Assembly: GCA_963765535.1 (NCBI GenBank)
Contig: CAVXWU010000017.1
Location: 160,199 to 224,198 of the forward strand
Reading direction: 5' to 3'
DNA: 64,000 nucleotides
Source of the DNA: an uncultured Verrucomicrobiae bacterium
Lineage (GTDB): Bacteria > Verrucomicrobiota > Verrucomicrobiia > Limisphaerales > JAHDYP01
The notes under the pieces were generated by a model. The model searched no databases, was not told the DNA's origin, and worked only from the letters and a program-made list of their open reading frames with translations. Each line of letters opens with the position of its first letter. Within the stretch, counting starts at the first letter, position 1. Of the stretch, positions 10,601 to 19,308 are shown piece by piece. Made by a program: the position numbers and the translations under genes.

Positions 10601-11987
10601 GGCGGCGAAGTTGCTGGGGCCGTTCGACAAGGTTCGATTTTCCGTTGAGCAGCTAAACCCCGAAGGCGCCGTGATGCGAACCGTACAAGTCCGCTTCGAC
10701 GCGCTCGCCCTTGCGCCGATCGACGTCGTGCATCTCGCGCCCGCGCGGCCTGGCGAACCGATGCCGGAAATCGACGCGCGCGCTCTCGCCGCCGGCGCAA
10801 CCAACTTGGGCCCCCTGGGTCCCGGACAAATGTTGCGGCTCAATCGCCAGCGCGGCGCCGACTGGCTGCCGGCGGAGATCGGTCTTGACGAGTTGACGGA
10901 GCTCGCAGCGCGGGCGCGGCAAGTGTTCACCGGCGCGCGCGCACTTGACGCTCGTGACCTCTCAGGACTGGAGCAGACCGTGGACGCCGGGATCGATGCG
11001 GCGGAGTTCGACACTCGGGCGCAGGTGTCGATGAACTCACTTGTATCCGCGCTCGCAACACTGCAGTCGCGGCTCGCGGCGCCCGTGCCGGCCAATGCGG
11101 ATTCCCTGCAAAACGCCATCATCATGTTTGGCGGCTTCGGTATCCCGGGCTCGCTGCCACGGCCGCTGGCCGATTCCGCCGAGCTCGCCGCCCAGGGAAG
11201 TGCAGTGTCGCGCGAGGCGGCACATCGCATCGAGCGCGCCAAAGCCGCGACCAGTTCGCTCGATCGCATGCGCGCCGTGTTCGGTGATGCCTTCCTGGCG
11301 CTGCCTCGCTTCACGTTGGGGGATTCCACCGGGTTTGGGCAGTCGCTTGCCGCCACCCGCGCGTTGCAGGGAGGTAGCGTCCTTGCGGTGTATCCGTGGT
11401 TTCAGCAGGCGCAACGTGTGCGCGAGCCGCTATCGCGCCTGGGTGCAAGTCTGCACGCGGCTGAGGTCGTCAGCGCGGGCGCGGGCATGGAGCTTGCCGT
11501 CGCGCAGCTTCCCCATGCGCCGGACGACCGCTGGGTGGGCTTGCCCGCGGATCCTGGGCGCGAGATGCCCGCGGGCCGGCTCTCGTTCGTCGTGCATGCC
11601 GATGCGTCGCTCGATGTGTCGAAGCCGCTCGCCGGAATCCTCGTCGACGAGTGGGTGGAGGTCGTGCCGTCGACGACCGAGACGACGGCGATCGCGTTCC
11701 AGCACGATGCGCCCGATGCGCGCGCGCCCCAGGCAATGTTGCTCGCGGTGCCGGAAGTGCCGGGCGATCCCTGGACCGGCGCGGCTTTGCATCGGTTGTT
11801 GCTCGATACGCTGGCACTGGCCCAGGGGCGTGCCGTCGATGCGGAAGCGCTGGACATCGCGGCGCTGAATCCGATGCCCGGCGCGCAGGCCATTGCCGAG
11901 GTCTCGCACTTCCTACCGGCGCTGCATTTTGCGGTGAATGTCGATGGCGATACGATTTCGCCTGACTTTCGAGCCCTGACGAGTTGA
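7605..11987 (+). CDS. giant hypothetical protein D (about 1460 aa), family not recognised
   Basis: 4.4-kb ORF. I prefer the ATG at 7605 (preceded by GACGGAAGGCAACG) over the TTG at 7551 used by the ORF track. Distinctive blocks: LLLLPVRLETRFF, LRVRIYPDQIHVDSHEPALSEDE, LRVGRQPYGVLPVTPLD, GGYGWALNLKP, GFIHAPSIMQAQAAALLRNAHL. No Walker A, HExxH or TM segment seen. Confidence 0.85.
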   Translation: MALLPPPSDLTGFTAPSLPPELTASFAPSDHPLLLLPVRLETRFFAMADGTQELRVRIYPDQIHVDSHEPALSEDEQRWGQHFWEQTWRAGHDEARERVAWQQLADRFDARRAAWIARALSPTNLQDWPSSAISPDEPLPVAPQLSPAPRLADPTGGSWQRAPLARAMPQRWIAVASARGTLVAHALGASVDAEPAVGPNPLDRTDSAPDQPAIDDGMRWMIDFDEAERRGMAMRLKLPAASAQQGIDALVVFGVAELDPTAGSAAIAALLDAHHYTDGLGFLRVGTPTNNSVEAASGWSSLDSMHGRSFDLECRAPETPNGSNADVLGHALGFDTAVTHATLRNLCDAALIEQIDAQQMATALWPATWGYYLLNLIGFDGTGLTVDAIAWAREHFIAHVRAFGPLPTLRVGRQPYGVLPVTPLDGQPAAVTDARERWLATTLKTLSNRLWQPRTPDVPRIGRSDDPALDLSAVLQSDAISHSYRLRYLLGPRYLEHLRKFLGEDLATSGWLGAQNSIARVALNALGLAWHARLEHATFSESDMPMNAPLVQAGDLEGADALQPDYIASLLSDPPLPMDETAVPPAMPAPATLLHLLLRHSLQLEYTAAAARLANAPAGGTTLAALLHEHELVNLNAATAVTTWRMLLSRPSPATNNEPPAAFLKRLTDFGASELKPLGELRAALAHLQGLSPETLRRLLIGTIDVASHRVDAWITSLASRRLAALRAQNPAGLRIGGYGWALNLKPDIAVAPVATPPGETGQVWARTDDSGFIHAPSIMQAQAAALLRNAHLTHSRSDAQDLFAVDLSSRRVRLANLLLDGVRQGQPLGALLGYLFERRLHELRLDHTIDDFRAAAPLLPVNIAATAKPEESIAARNVVDGLKLRELRNDPNAPAALKALFAQCAPALEVLEDAVDAVSDAAVAETAFQAVRGNIVRTGATLQAIASGEAPPPELDVARTPRTGLAVAHRVVVLFNAVAAPAAPASPRAQAEPHLNAWAAKLLGPFDKVRFSVEQLNPEGAVMRTVQVRFDALALAPIDVVHLAPARPGEPMPEIDARALAAGATNLGPLGPGQMLRLNRQRGADWLPAEIGLDELTELAARARQVFTGARALDARDLSGLEQTVDAGIDAAEFDTRAQVSMNSLVSALATLQSRLAAPVPANADSLQNAIIMFGGFGIPGSLPRPLADSAELAAQGSAVSREAAHRIERAKAATSSLDRMRAVFGDAFLALPRFTLGDSTGFGQSLAATRALQGGSVLAVYPWFQQAQRVREPLSRLGASLHAAEVVSAGAGMELAVAQLPHAPDDRWVGLPADPGREMPAGRLSFVVHADASLDVSKPLAGILVDEWVEVVPSTTETTAIAFQHDAPDARAPQAMLLAVPEVPGDPWTGAALHRLLLDTLALAQGRAVDAEALDIAALNPMPGAQAIAEVSHFLPALHFAVNVDGDTISPDFRALTS

Positions 11988-12005
11988 CCACAATCCAAGA
12001 CCACC

Positions 12006-13736
12006 ATGGGATCGATCACAAGCTGGATCCGGCTCGAGCCGCGCTGCCGCGATGACGATATGAAGGAGGCGGTGCAGGCGCGCATCTACGATCCCTTCTG
12101 GATGCTGGCGCGGCAATGGCAAAGCGGCGAATTTCAAGGCGAGGATGCCGGCACGCCGGTGATCGCGCGCTGGCGCGCCCAGAGCGCGCCGATCACCCGC
12201 TACCATGCCGGCGCCCTACCACCCAATACGCGGATCAACGCGCCGCGCTACGATCTGCGCGCGATGCCCCTCGAAGCATTGGTCGAACATCGATCGTTGC
12301 ACACACCCGCCCTCAATGGTTCCCTGCGGCTGGCGGTCGAATCCGGTTTGCATTTTCTGCGCATGCTGGAGGCCCAACCCACCTCACGCAGCTATCGTCC
12401 GGATTTTCTATCACGCTTCGCCTTGCAGCCGCCCACAGACGCCGAGCGAGCAGAACTCGACGACGAGACGTTGTCGTATTGGAGGCTGATGGCACTGCGC
12501 GCACCCGATGCCCGGCGTCTGCTTGCGGCGTTTCGTGATGCTCAAGGAGGCCGACGCCCGGTGCCTGCGGACATGAGCATTGACCCCGGCGATAAAGCTG
12601 AGGTCGAGGCCGCCATGGGTGACTGGCTCGCGATGCACGATGCCTTGTTCACCCAGCCACAAACCGAGGCACTCGACGCCTGGGACCCCGAACGCCTGGA
12701 ATACGCCTTCTCGATTGCGGGCGCGCCCGGCAACGAAGAGACGCCACTGACCGCCACCCGTTACGCCGAGGGTCATCTCGATTGGTACAGCGTGGATCTG
12801 GACCTGGAGATCAATCTCGGCGCGGCGGCGGACAATGCCAGCGCGTCGCTGGTTCGCACCACGATCCCCGTCCCGGTGAGCTTTCGCGGAGCGCCCGCCC
12901 AGCGCTTTTGGGAGATTGAAGATTCGGCGATCGACTACGGTTTGCTGCCCGCGGGCCCCGGCGATATTCCGCATCTGATGCTGAGCGATTTTGCGACCAA
13001 CTTCGGCAACGACTGGTACGTCATTCCGATCGACCTTGATATTGGCACGCTGACGGTCACGGCCTCGCTCGTGATCACCGACAGCTTCGGGGTGCAGACG
13101 TTGATTTCGCCGATCAACAATCCGTCGAAACCCAGGACGGGCTGGTCGATGTTCGAGCTCAGCTTCGTCCAGCGCGGCGAGACGGGCTTGCGGCCGCGAT
13201 CGAATTTGGTGTTTCTCGCGCCCAGCCTCCTGCGCACGCTCGACAGCCGGCCCGTGGAGGAGGTGCGGTTCATGCGCGATGAGATGGCGAACCTGGCGTG
13301 GGCGGTCGAGCATGTGGTGCAAGGCCCGCTTGAACAGCGCATCGAGCCCACGGCCCTCGCCGACCCACCACAGACCTCTCTGCCGACCCCGGGCGCAATC
13401 CCGTCCTATCGCCTCGCCACGGATGTGCCGCTGAATTGGACGCCCCTTCTGCCGCAGCGAATGACGGACCCGCCATCGCTGCGGTTGGTACGCGCAGGGA
13501 TGCTCGCGCCCGATGGGACAAACGTGGTGAGGCATGCGCGCGGCGAATTGCTGAACGCGTCCCCCAAACTCGCGCTGTTCGACGAGGAGATCCCCAGAGA
13601 AGGAGTGAGCGTCACGCGACAGTTCGAGAGGACTCGATGGATGGGGGGTAGCACCCTGCTTTGGGTAGGGCTTCGGAAGAAGGTGGGAAAGGGCGAGGGA
13701 TCGAGCGCGTTGCGGTTCGATGACGCCAGCGAATAA
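12006..13736 (+). CDS. hypothetical protein E (576 aa), family not recognised
   Basis: The ATG lies 18 nt after the stop of D. Distinctive blocks: IYDPFWMLARQWQSGEFQGEDAGTP, HLDWYSVDL, RFWEIEDSAIDYG, FGNDWYVIPIDL. The stop at 13734-13736 lies about 9 nt before the repeat array. Confidence 0.85.
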   Translation: MGSITSWIRLEPRCRDDDMKEAVQARIYDPFWMLARQWQSGEFQGEDAGTPVIARWRAQSAPITRYHAGALPPNTRINAPRYDLRAMPLEALVEHRSLHTPALNGSLRLAVESGLHFLRMLEAQPTSRSYRPDFLSRFALQPPTDAERAELDDETLSYWRLMALRAPDARRLLAAFRDAQGGRRPVPADMSIDPGDKAEVEAAMGDWLAMHDALFTQPQTEALDAWDPERLEYAFSIAGAPGNEETPLTATRYAEGHLDWYSVDLDLEINLGAAADNASASLVRTTIPVPVSFRGAPAQRFWEIEDSAIDYGLLPAGPGDIPHLMLSDFATNFGNDWYVIPIDLDIGTLTVTASLVITDSFGVQTLISPINNPSKPRTGWSMFELSFVQRGETGLRPRSNLVFLAPSLLRTLDSRPVEEVRFMRDEMANLAWAVEHVVQGPLEQRIEPTALADPPQTSLPTPGAIPSYRLATDVPLNWTPLLPQRMTDPPSLRLVRAGMLAPDGTNVVRHARGELLNASPKLALFDEEIPREGVSVTRQFERTRWMGGSTLLWVGLRKKVGKGEGSSALRFDDASE

Positions 13737-13744
13737 CGGACGGC

Positions 13745-15087
13745 GCGTTCGAGGACGAAACTAACTCGCAATGAACTTCCCGCGCGTCGGTTGTCGTCCT
13801 CGTCCGTCGTCGTCGTCGTCGTTCTCGGGGCAATTCGTATTGAGTGTCGAGGACGAAGGACGAGCCCAACTTCGCGAACATTTCTCGCTGTCCGGTTGTC
13901 GTCCTCGTCGTCGTCGTCGTTCTCGTCCTCGGGGCAATTCGTATTGAGTGTCGAGGACGAGGGACGAGCACGAGCACGAGGAGGAGGCCAACTTCGCGAA
14001 CATTTCCCGCGCGTCGGTTGTCGTCCTCGTGGTCGTCGTCGTTCTCGTCCTCGGGGCAATTCGTTCAGCCATCGAGGACGAAGGACGAGCCCATCTTCGC
14101 GAACGTTGCCCGCGCGTCGGTTGTCGTCCTCGTGGTCGTCGTCGTTCTCGTCCTCGGGGCAAACTCGTTCAGCATCGAGGACGAAGGAGGAGCCCAACTT
14201 CGCGAACGTTTCCCGCGCGTCGGTTGTCGTCCTCGTGGTCGTCGTCGTTCTCGTCCTCGGGGCAATCGTTCAGCATCGAGGACGAAGGAGAGCCATCTTC
14301 GCGAACTTTCCCGCGCGTCGGTTGTCGTCTCGTGGTCGTCGTCGTTCTCGTCCTCGGGGCAAACTCGTTCAGCATCGAGGACGAAGGACGAGCACGAGCA
14401 CGAAGGAGGAGCCCAACTTCGCGAACGTTTCCCGCGCGTCGGTTGTCGTCCTCGTGGTCGTCGTCGTCGTCGTTCGTCCTCGGGGCAAATTCGTTCAGCA
14501 GTCGAGGACGACCGAGCGAGGACGAGCCCAACTTCGCGAACGTTTCCCGCGCGTCGGTTGTCGTCCTCGTGGTCGTCGTCGTTCTCGTCCTCGGGGCAAT
14601 TCGTTCAGCCATCGAGGACGAAGGACGAGCACGAGCACGAAGAGGAGGCCAACTTCGCGAACGTTTCCCGCGCGTCGGTTGTCGTTCTCGTGGTCGTCGT
14701 CGTTCTCGTCCTCGGGGCAAACTCGTTCAGCATCGAGGACGAAGGACGAGCCCACTTCGCGAACGTTTCCCGCGCGTCGGTTGTCGTCCTCGTGCTCGTC
14801 GTCTCGTCCTCGGGGCATTCAGCATAGACGAAGGACGAGACGAGGAGGAGCCCAACTTCGCGAACATTTCCCGCGCGTCGGTTGTCGTCCTCGTGGTCGT
14901 CGTCGTTCTCGTCCTCGGGGCAAACTCGTTCAGCATCGAGGACGAGGACGAGCACGAGGAGAGCCCATCTTCGCGAACGTTTCCCGCGCGTCGGTTGTCG
15001 TTCTCGTCCGTCGTCGTCGTTCTCGTCCTCGGGGCAACTCGTTCAGCCATCGAGGACGAAGGACGAGCACGAGCACGAGGAGGAGCG
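13745..15087. repeat. non-coding tandem array, 12 units of about 98-124 bp
   Basis: The anchor CGCGCGTCGG (a variant in unit 2) occurs at 13781, about 13884, 14008, 14111, 14214, 14312, 14433, 14548, 14669, 14771, 14872 and 14985. Spacings are 103, 124, 103, 103, 98, 121, 115, 121, 102, 101 and 113. Consensus unit: CCAACTTCGCGAACGTTTCCCGCGCGTCGGTTGTCGTCCTCGTGGTCGTCGTCGTTCTCGTCCTCGGGGCAAACTCGTTCAGCATCGAGGACGAAGGACGAGC, with or without an (ACGAGC)n/GGAGGAG tail. Unit lengths are mostly not multiples of 3, and every frame on both strands is low-complexity and broken. Confidence 0.9.
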
Positions 15088-15184
15088 CGGGCGAACGTCG
15101 AAAACTGAACATCGAACGCCCAAGTCCATGCGTCGGACGTTGCAGCTCACTCTCACGTCCTCGGGCGGCGAGGCAACCGCTGCG

Positions 15185-16360
15185 TTACGCGCTCCCGGTA
15201 GCCGCTCGCCACGCGTTGATCAGCGCCCTGACGTTGGCTTGGGCGGTGGGAGAGTTTTCCCGGACATTATCGACCGGCGACAGGATGAACCCCCCGCCGG
15301 GAGCCAGCAGACGTATGGCTTCCCCGACCTCGGCCTCCACTTCCGCCGCGGTGCCCTGTTCGACAGTGAGATGTCCGTTGACGCCGCCCCAAAGGCACAC
15401 CTTATCGCCCAACTCCGCCTTGGTCTGGGCAAGGTCCCATGCGTGAGGATCGACACCAATCACGACATCGATTCCGGCCTCGACGAATAGCGGCAGCAAC
15501 TTCATGCAATTGGAAGTGATGAGGTACCCGAATCGAGCCCCATGGGCATGCGACAGCGCGACATCCGCCTGCACGATCGGCAACAGGAAACGCCGCCAGG
15601 TCGCCGGCGTCCAGAAGTCCAGATTCTCGTACCACGCCCGTTTGATGAAGAGATCGATTCCGGATTCCAGCACGGTGATCATGCGGCGGCGGTTCCAAGG
15701 GGCAATGATCTCCAGAAGATCGGCGACGAATTGCGGCTGGTCGTGGATCGCATACACGAGACTGTCGAGTCCGTGAATCCATGCGATCAAGTCCGCCCCA
15801 ACTCCCCAGCCTCCCGCGACCAGCAACTGATGTTGCCGGGCAAGGGACAGGACCGGCTCTGATTCGCGGCGATAGGCCGTAATCTCCTCAGGGGCTAGCG
15901 GCGCCAGCAAGAAACGCAATGCTTCCAGATCCCGCGGACCCGCGATCAGGAACTTGCGGGATCTGGGCACAATAAAGTCGTCCAGGAAGGGCACGTGCTC
16001 GCCCCAGGGCCAGTCGTCGGTCCGGCGCACCTCGGCCCGCAGCGTGCCAGCAGGGGTAATATACTCCTTGACCATGAGGGGCGACCCCGCCTCCGGGGAA
16101 TCCTCCTGCCACTCCCGAATCGTGACCCGTGGATCGTGGCGAACCGGGAGGCCGTGGAGGTTATAGTGGTCGTTCACTACTATCGGCGGGCGTGGCGGCA
16201 ACTGCACGAAGGGATCCAGGCCAAGTTGCACCTGCCGTTCGATAAAATCGGTGTAGTCGCGGCAGGTTGACTTCAGACTGTTGAATAACATGAAGCTGCA
16301 CGGCACGTGATCCGGCTCCCGTCGGCTGAGCGCGGTGAGCATCCGTTCACGGGAGTTCAT
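15185..16360 (-). CDS. uroporphyrinogen decarboxylase (URO-D) family protein
   Basis: The N-terminus MNSRERMLTALSRREPDHVPCSFMLF is typical of URO-D/MtaA-like family members. The 391-aa length fits. Confidence 0.6.
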   Translation of the reverse strand: MNSRERMLTALSRREPDHVPCSFMLFNSLKSTCRDYTDFIERQVQLGLDPFVQLPPRPPIVVNDHYNLHGLPVRHDPRVTIREWQEDSPEAGSPLMVKEYITPAGTLRAEVRRTDDWPWGEHVPFLDDFIVPRSRKFLIAGPRDLEALRFLLAPLAPEEITAYRRESEPVLSLARQHQLLVAGGWGVGADLIAWIHGLDSLVYAIHDQPQFVADLLEIIAPWNRRRMITVLESGIDLFIKRAWYENLDFWTPATWRRFLLPIVQADVALSHAHGARFGYLITSNCMKLLPLFVEAGIDVVIGVDPHAWDLAQTKAELGDKVCLWGGVNGHLTVEQGTAAEVEAEVGEAIRLLAPGGGFILSPVDNVRENSPTAQANVRALINAWRAATGSA

Positions 16361-16529
16361 GGGGTGGTTGACATCGGGTGTGTCCCCAGACCATGCCGGG
16401 GCCGCGACTCGCCGTCAAATGCGGCGTTGCGGAGTCATCCCTATTCCGGGCAGGCGCAATCCCAACAACGAAAATCGAGTTCGGCGGCTGGGCGTGTCCG
16501 GGTCGCCATTCGGTTTGCGAGAAGAAAGC

Positions 16530-16814
16530 GGCCGGTGGATCAAGGCCTACCAGCGCGCGGCTGTAAAGAAGAGTTGGCAACCGATCCTCCTCTACGCCGT
16601 CGTCGCTCGGGAGGTGGACCCGCCCCGGGGTCAAGAACCGAACCAGTGGGTGCTGGTCACGGATTGGAAAGTCGATCGTCTTGAGATGGCGGTGCGGATG
16701 ATCCAGTGGCACAGCGTGCGCTGGGGAATTGAAAGCTGGCATCAGACGCTCAAAGATGTCTGCAAAGTCCAGAAGCGGCAGGAGGAGCTCGATCCAAATC
16801 TGCGATCGATTGAA
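16530..16814 (+). mobile_element. IS4/Tn5-type transposase remnant (internal fragment only)
   Basis: ..ILLYAVVAREVDPPRGQEPNQWVLVTDWKVDRLEMAVRMIQWHSVRWGIESWHQTLKDVCKVQKRQ.. resembles the C-terminal catalytic region of IS4-family transposases. HSVRWGIESWHQTLK fits the Y(2)R(3)E(6)K signature with Y replaced by H. Only about 95 codons are recognisable, and no N-terminal DDE part or terminal inverted repeats were found. Confidence 0.6.
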
Positions 16815-17000
16815 AAGTGTGACGTTCCCCGTGAGTCGTCGTCCATTAGTGCAGTTCTGGAGACCGGCATCAAGTCCGGATCCTAATGTTCCCCGCCGCC
16901 GGATGGCCAGCATCCCGCCCTCCCGCCTCCGTCTCTCAGGCCTCCCGATCGCGCGACCGATTGCGCTTGATGCCATTTCCGGACCGCCTAAAGTCACGGC

Positions 17001-17459
17001 GTGGCGACGATCATCACGCTCCTGTTGGTCGGTGCCGCATTGCTCCTGCTCGAGACGGTGCTGCCCGGCATGATCGCCGGCCTGGTGGGGTTGGGATGCC
17101 TCATTGCCGGGGTGGTGATTGCGTACACTGATTTCGGACTGCGCACCGGCAATCTCGTGCTGGTCATCGTGCTGGTCGGTTTTGTTGTCGGCACGCTCTG
17201 TTGGATGCATTATTTGCCCGACAGTCCAGTGGCCCGGCTCTTCATTTCCCGAGGCACCATCGGCACGATCGGAGCCGAGAAACCGGAGTTGCTTCAGCGC
17301 ACCGGCACAGCTCTGACCGTCTTGCGGCCTTCCGGAGCCGCCCTGATCGACGGTCAGCGAGTGGACGTGGTCAGCGAAGGCCAAATGATCGAAAAAGGCA
17401 GCCAAATCAAAGTCGTCGCGACCGAAGGGATGCGCGTCGTCGTGCGCGCCCTGGACTGA
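17001..17459 (+). CDS. NfeD family membrane protein
   Basis: GTG start. There are two or three N-terminal hydrophobic helices ([42 protein letters not shown]) followed by a C-terminal soluble beta-type domain (..[32 protein letters not shown]..). It lies immediately upstream of floA, as in yqeZ-yqfA type operons. Confidence 0.7.
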   Translation: MATIITLLLVGAALLLLETVLPGMIAGLVGLGCLIAGVVIAYTDFGLRTGNLVLVIVLVGFVVGTLCWMHYLPDSPVARLFISRGTIGTIGAEKPELLQRTGTALTVLRPSGAALIDGQRVDVVSEGQMIEKGSQIKVVATEGMRVVVRALD

Positions 17460-17487
17460 GCCTAACCAGACATCGAATAGAATCATC

Positions 17488-18549
17488 ATGAACACGAAAC
17501 TGACCCTCCTGTTGGGACAAGCCATAAGCAGCTGGAACTACATCTTCTATGGGGTTGGTGCGCTGGTCCTGCTGGTCCTTGCCATTGTCGTCCTCAACTT
17601 CGGGATGATCTGGATCCGAGCCTTCGTTTCCGGGGCCAAGGCCACATTCACCGATCTCATTGCCCTGCGCCTTCGGAATATCCCTGTCGGCGCCGTCGTC
17701 GATACCCGCATCACCGCCGTCAAATCCGGCATCGAACTGAGCATTGACGACCTTTCCACGCATTATCTGGCGGGCGGCAGCATCGAAATGGTCGTGCAAG
17801 CCCTCATTGCCGCTCAGAAGGCCGGGATTCATCTGGACTTCGACCGGGCCTGTGCGATCGACCTCGCCACCAAAGGCACCGGCAAGACGGTGATCGAGGC
17901 GGTGAAAACCTCGGTGAACCCCAAGGTCATCGATTGCCCCAACCCCGCCGCCGGCAAGGCCACAATCGATGCCGTCGCCAAAGATGGAATCGTCATCAAG
18001 GCCAAAGCGCGCGTCACCGTCCGCACCAATCTCGACCGCTTCGTTGGGGGCGCCACCGAGGAAACGATCATCGCCCGCGTCGGCGAAGGAATCGTTTCTA
18101 CGATAGGCTCCGCCGACAGCTACAAGGACGTGCTCGAGAATCCCGATCGCATCTCAAAGACCGTCCTCGGTAAGGCCCTCGACAGCAATACCGCCTTCGA
18201 AATCCTCTCCATCGACATCGCCGATGTGGACGTCGGCGATAACATCGGCGCGAAACTCCAGGCGGAGCAGGCGGATGCCAACAAACTCATCGCCCAGGCC
18301 CAGGCCGAAGTGCGCCGCGCCGCCGCAGTCGCCTTGGAACAGGAGATGACCGCGCGCGTCGCCGAAATGCGAGCTCGGGTCGTTGAGGCCGAAGCCCAGG
18401 TCCCCCTCGCCATGGCCGAGGCCTTCCGTCAAGGCAATCTAGGTGTCATGGATTACTATCGCATGCGAAACATCCAGGCCGATTCCAGCATGCGCGAGAG
18501 TATTGGCGGCGCGGGTCACAGTGGGCCCGCCACGCCTCCCAACGGCTAA
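17488..18549 (+). CDS. floA: flotillin-like protein FloA
   Basis: Strong similarity over the full length to my recollection of B. subtilis FloA/YqfA, for example [42 protein letters not shown]...[36 protein letters not shown] and [20 protein letters not shown]. Confidence 0.9.
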   Translation: MNTKLTLLLGQAISSWNYIFYGVGALVLLVLAIVVLNFGMIWIRAFVSGAKATFTDLIALRLRNIPVGAVVDTRITAVKSGIELSIDDLSTHYLAGGSIEMVVQALIAAQKAGIHLDFDRACAIDLATKGTGKTVIEAVKTSVNPKVIDCPNPAAGKATIDAVAKDGIVIKAKARVTVRTNLDRFVGGATEETIIARVGEGIVSTIGSADSYKDVLENPDRISKTVLGKALDSNTAFEILSIDIADVDVGDNIGAKLQAEQADANKLIAQAQAEVRRAAAVALEQEMTARVAEMRARVVEAEAQVPLAMAEAFRQGNLGVMDYYRMRNIQADSSMRESIGGAGHSGPATPPNG

Positions 18550-18575
18550 TCCGGACGCTCTCGCGACGTCAAATC

Positions 18576-19163
18576 ATGGACACCCTGTTGACCATCCTTG
18601 TCCTGGTCGCGCTCTCCGCGCTCTCCGGCTGGCTGAAGAAACGGTCCGAATCGGGAGAAACGGGAAATCGGTCTCTACTGCCACGGACACCAAGACGGTC
18701 AACGCCTCCACCCCGGTCGCCATCACCGCCGCGGACTTCGCCAGAACGACGAAGTTCCACGCGAAGCTGGGAATCGGAATTGCGCCGGCTCCTGGAAGGC
18801 GAGCCTCCTCCGCCACAGCGACCGCAGCCCCCCCCCGTCATTCCGAGTTCGCGCCCAATGCCCATACCGACGTTGATGCCTGAGCCCATAGCGCACGTCG
18901 AGGGCGAGATCGCCCATTTGGTGGAGCTCAAGCAGCAAACTGCCGCTGCCCGTGAACATGCCGAGCGTGTCAGGCAGCGGGCTGCCATTGAACTCAAACG
19001 CGCAGAAGCCGTTCTGGCCAGCAACTTATCTCGTACTCATGTCACGCACCGCGTTTCAATGTCCGCCGAGATCTCCAAGGCCCGCTCCTGGTTAGGCGAT
19101 CCGCTAGCCGCCCGACGGGCGGTCATTGCCTCGGTGATTCTGGGGCCGCCCGTGGGACTGTAA
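18576..19163 (+). CDS. proline-rich single-pass membrane protein, unknown function
   Basis: N-terminal TM helix (MDTLLTILVLVALSALSGWL), then a Pro/Arg/Ser-rich tract and a predicted helical C-terminus. It lies 26 nt downstream of floA. Confidence 0.5.
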   Translation: MDTLLTILVLVALSALSGWLKKRSESGETGNRSLLPRTPRRSTPPPRSPSPPRTSPERRSSTRSWESELRRLLEGEPPPPQRPQPPPVIPSSRPMPIPTLMPEPIAHVEGEIAHLVELKQQTAAAREHAERVRQRAAIELKRAEAVLASNLSRTHVTHRVSMSAEISKARSWLGDPLAARRAVIASVILGPPVGL

Positions 19164-19308
19164 GTTCCCCCGCAAGCGAGATTGTCCCGCCGCCTTCCAC
19201 CTAACTCCTACTCGCTCGCATGCGATCGTCGCCGCTCGCTGCGGAGGATTCCCTTCGGTTTCGTGTTGTATGTACCGATCCCCTTTGGCTTTGATCAACC
19301 CGCAGCCA

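Noticed and set aside
886-13736. Assigning the giant operon to Tc toxins, contractile injection systems, T6SS or Rhs/polymorphic toxins
   Set aside because: I see no sheath, tube, baseplate or AAA+ ATPase-like sequences, no YD/RHS repeats and no similarity to the TcA N-terminus that I can recall. Naming a family would be a guess.
13745-15087. CRISPR array
   Set aside because: The whole unit of about 100 bp is repeated at high identity. There are no unique spacers between short repeats and no cas genes in the window.
13791-15446. Long ORFs across the repeat array on both strands (551, 386, 327 aa and others)
   Set aside because: The translations are low-complexity (RGRRRSRPRG.., TRTTTTTR.., EDENDDDHEDDN..). 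Unit lengths are mostly not multiples of 3, so no frame is maintained from unit to unit.
17001-19163. nfeD-floA-proline-rich gene trio as a novel system
   Set aside because: NfeD plus a flotillin-like protein is a well-known conserved pair. The downstream Pro-rich membrane protein is unremarkable, and no additional signal was seen.
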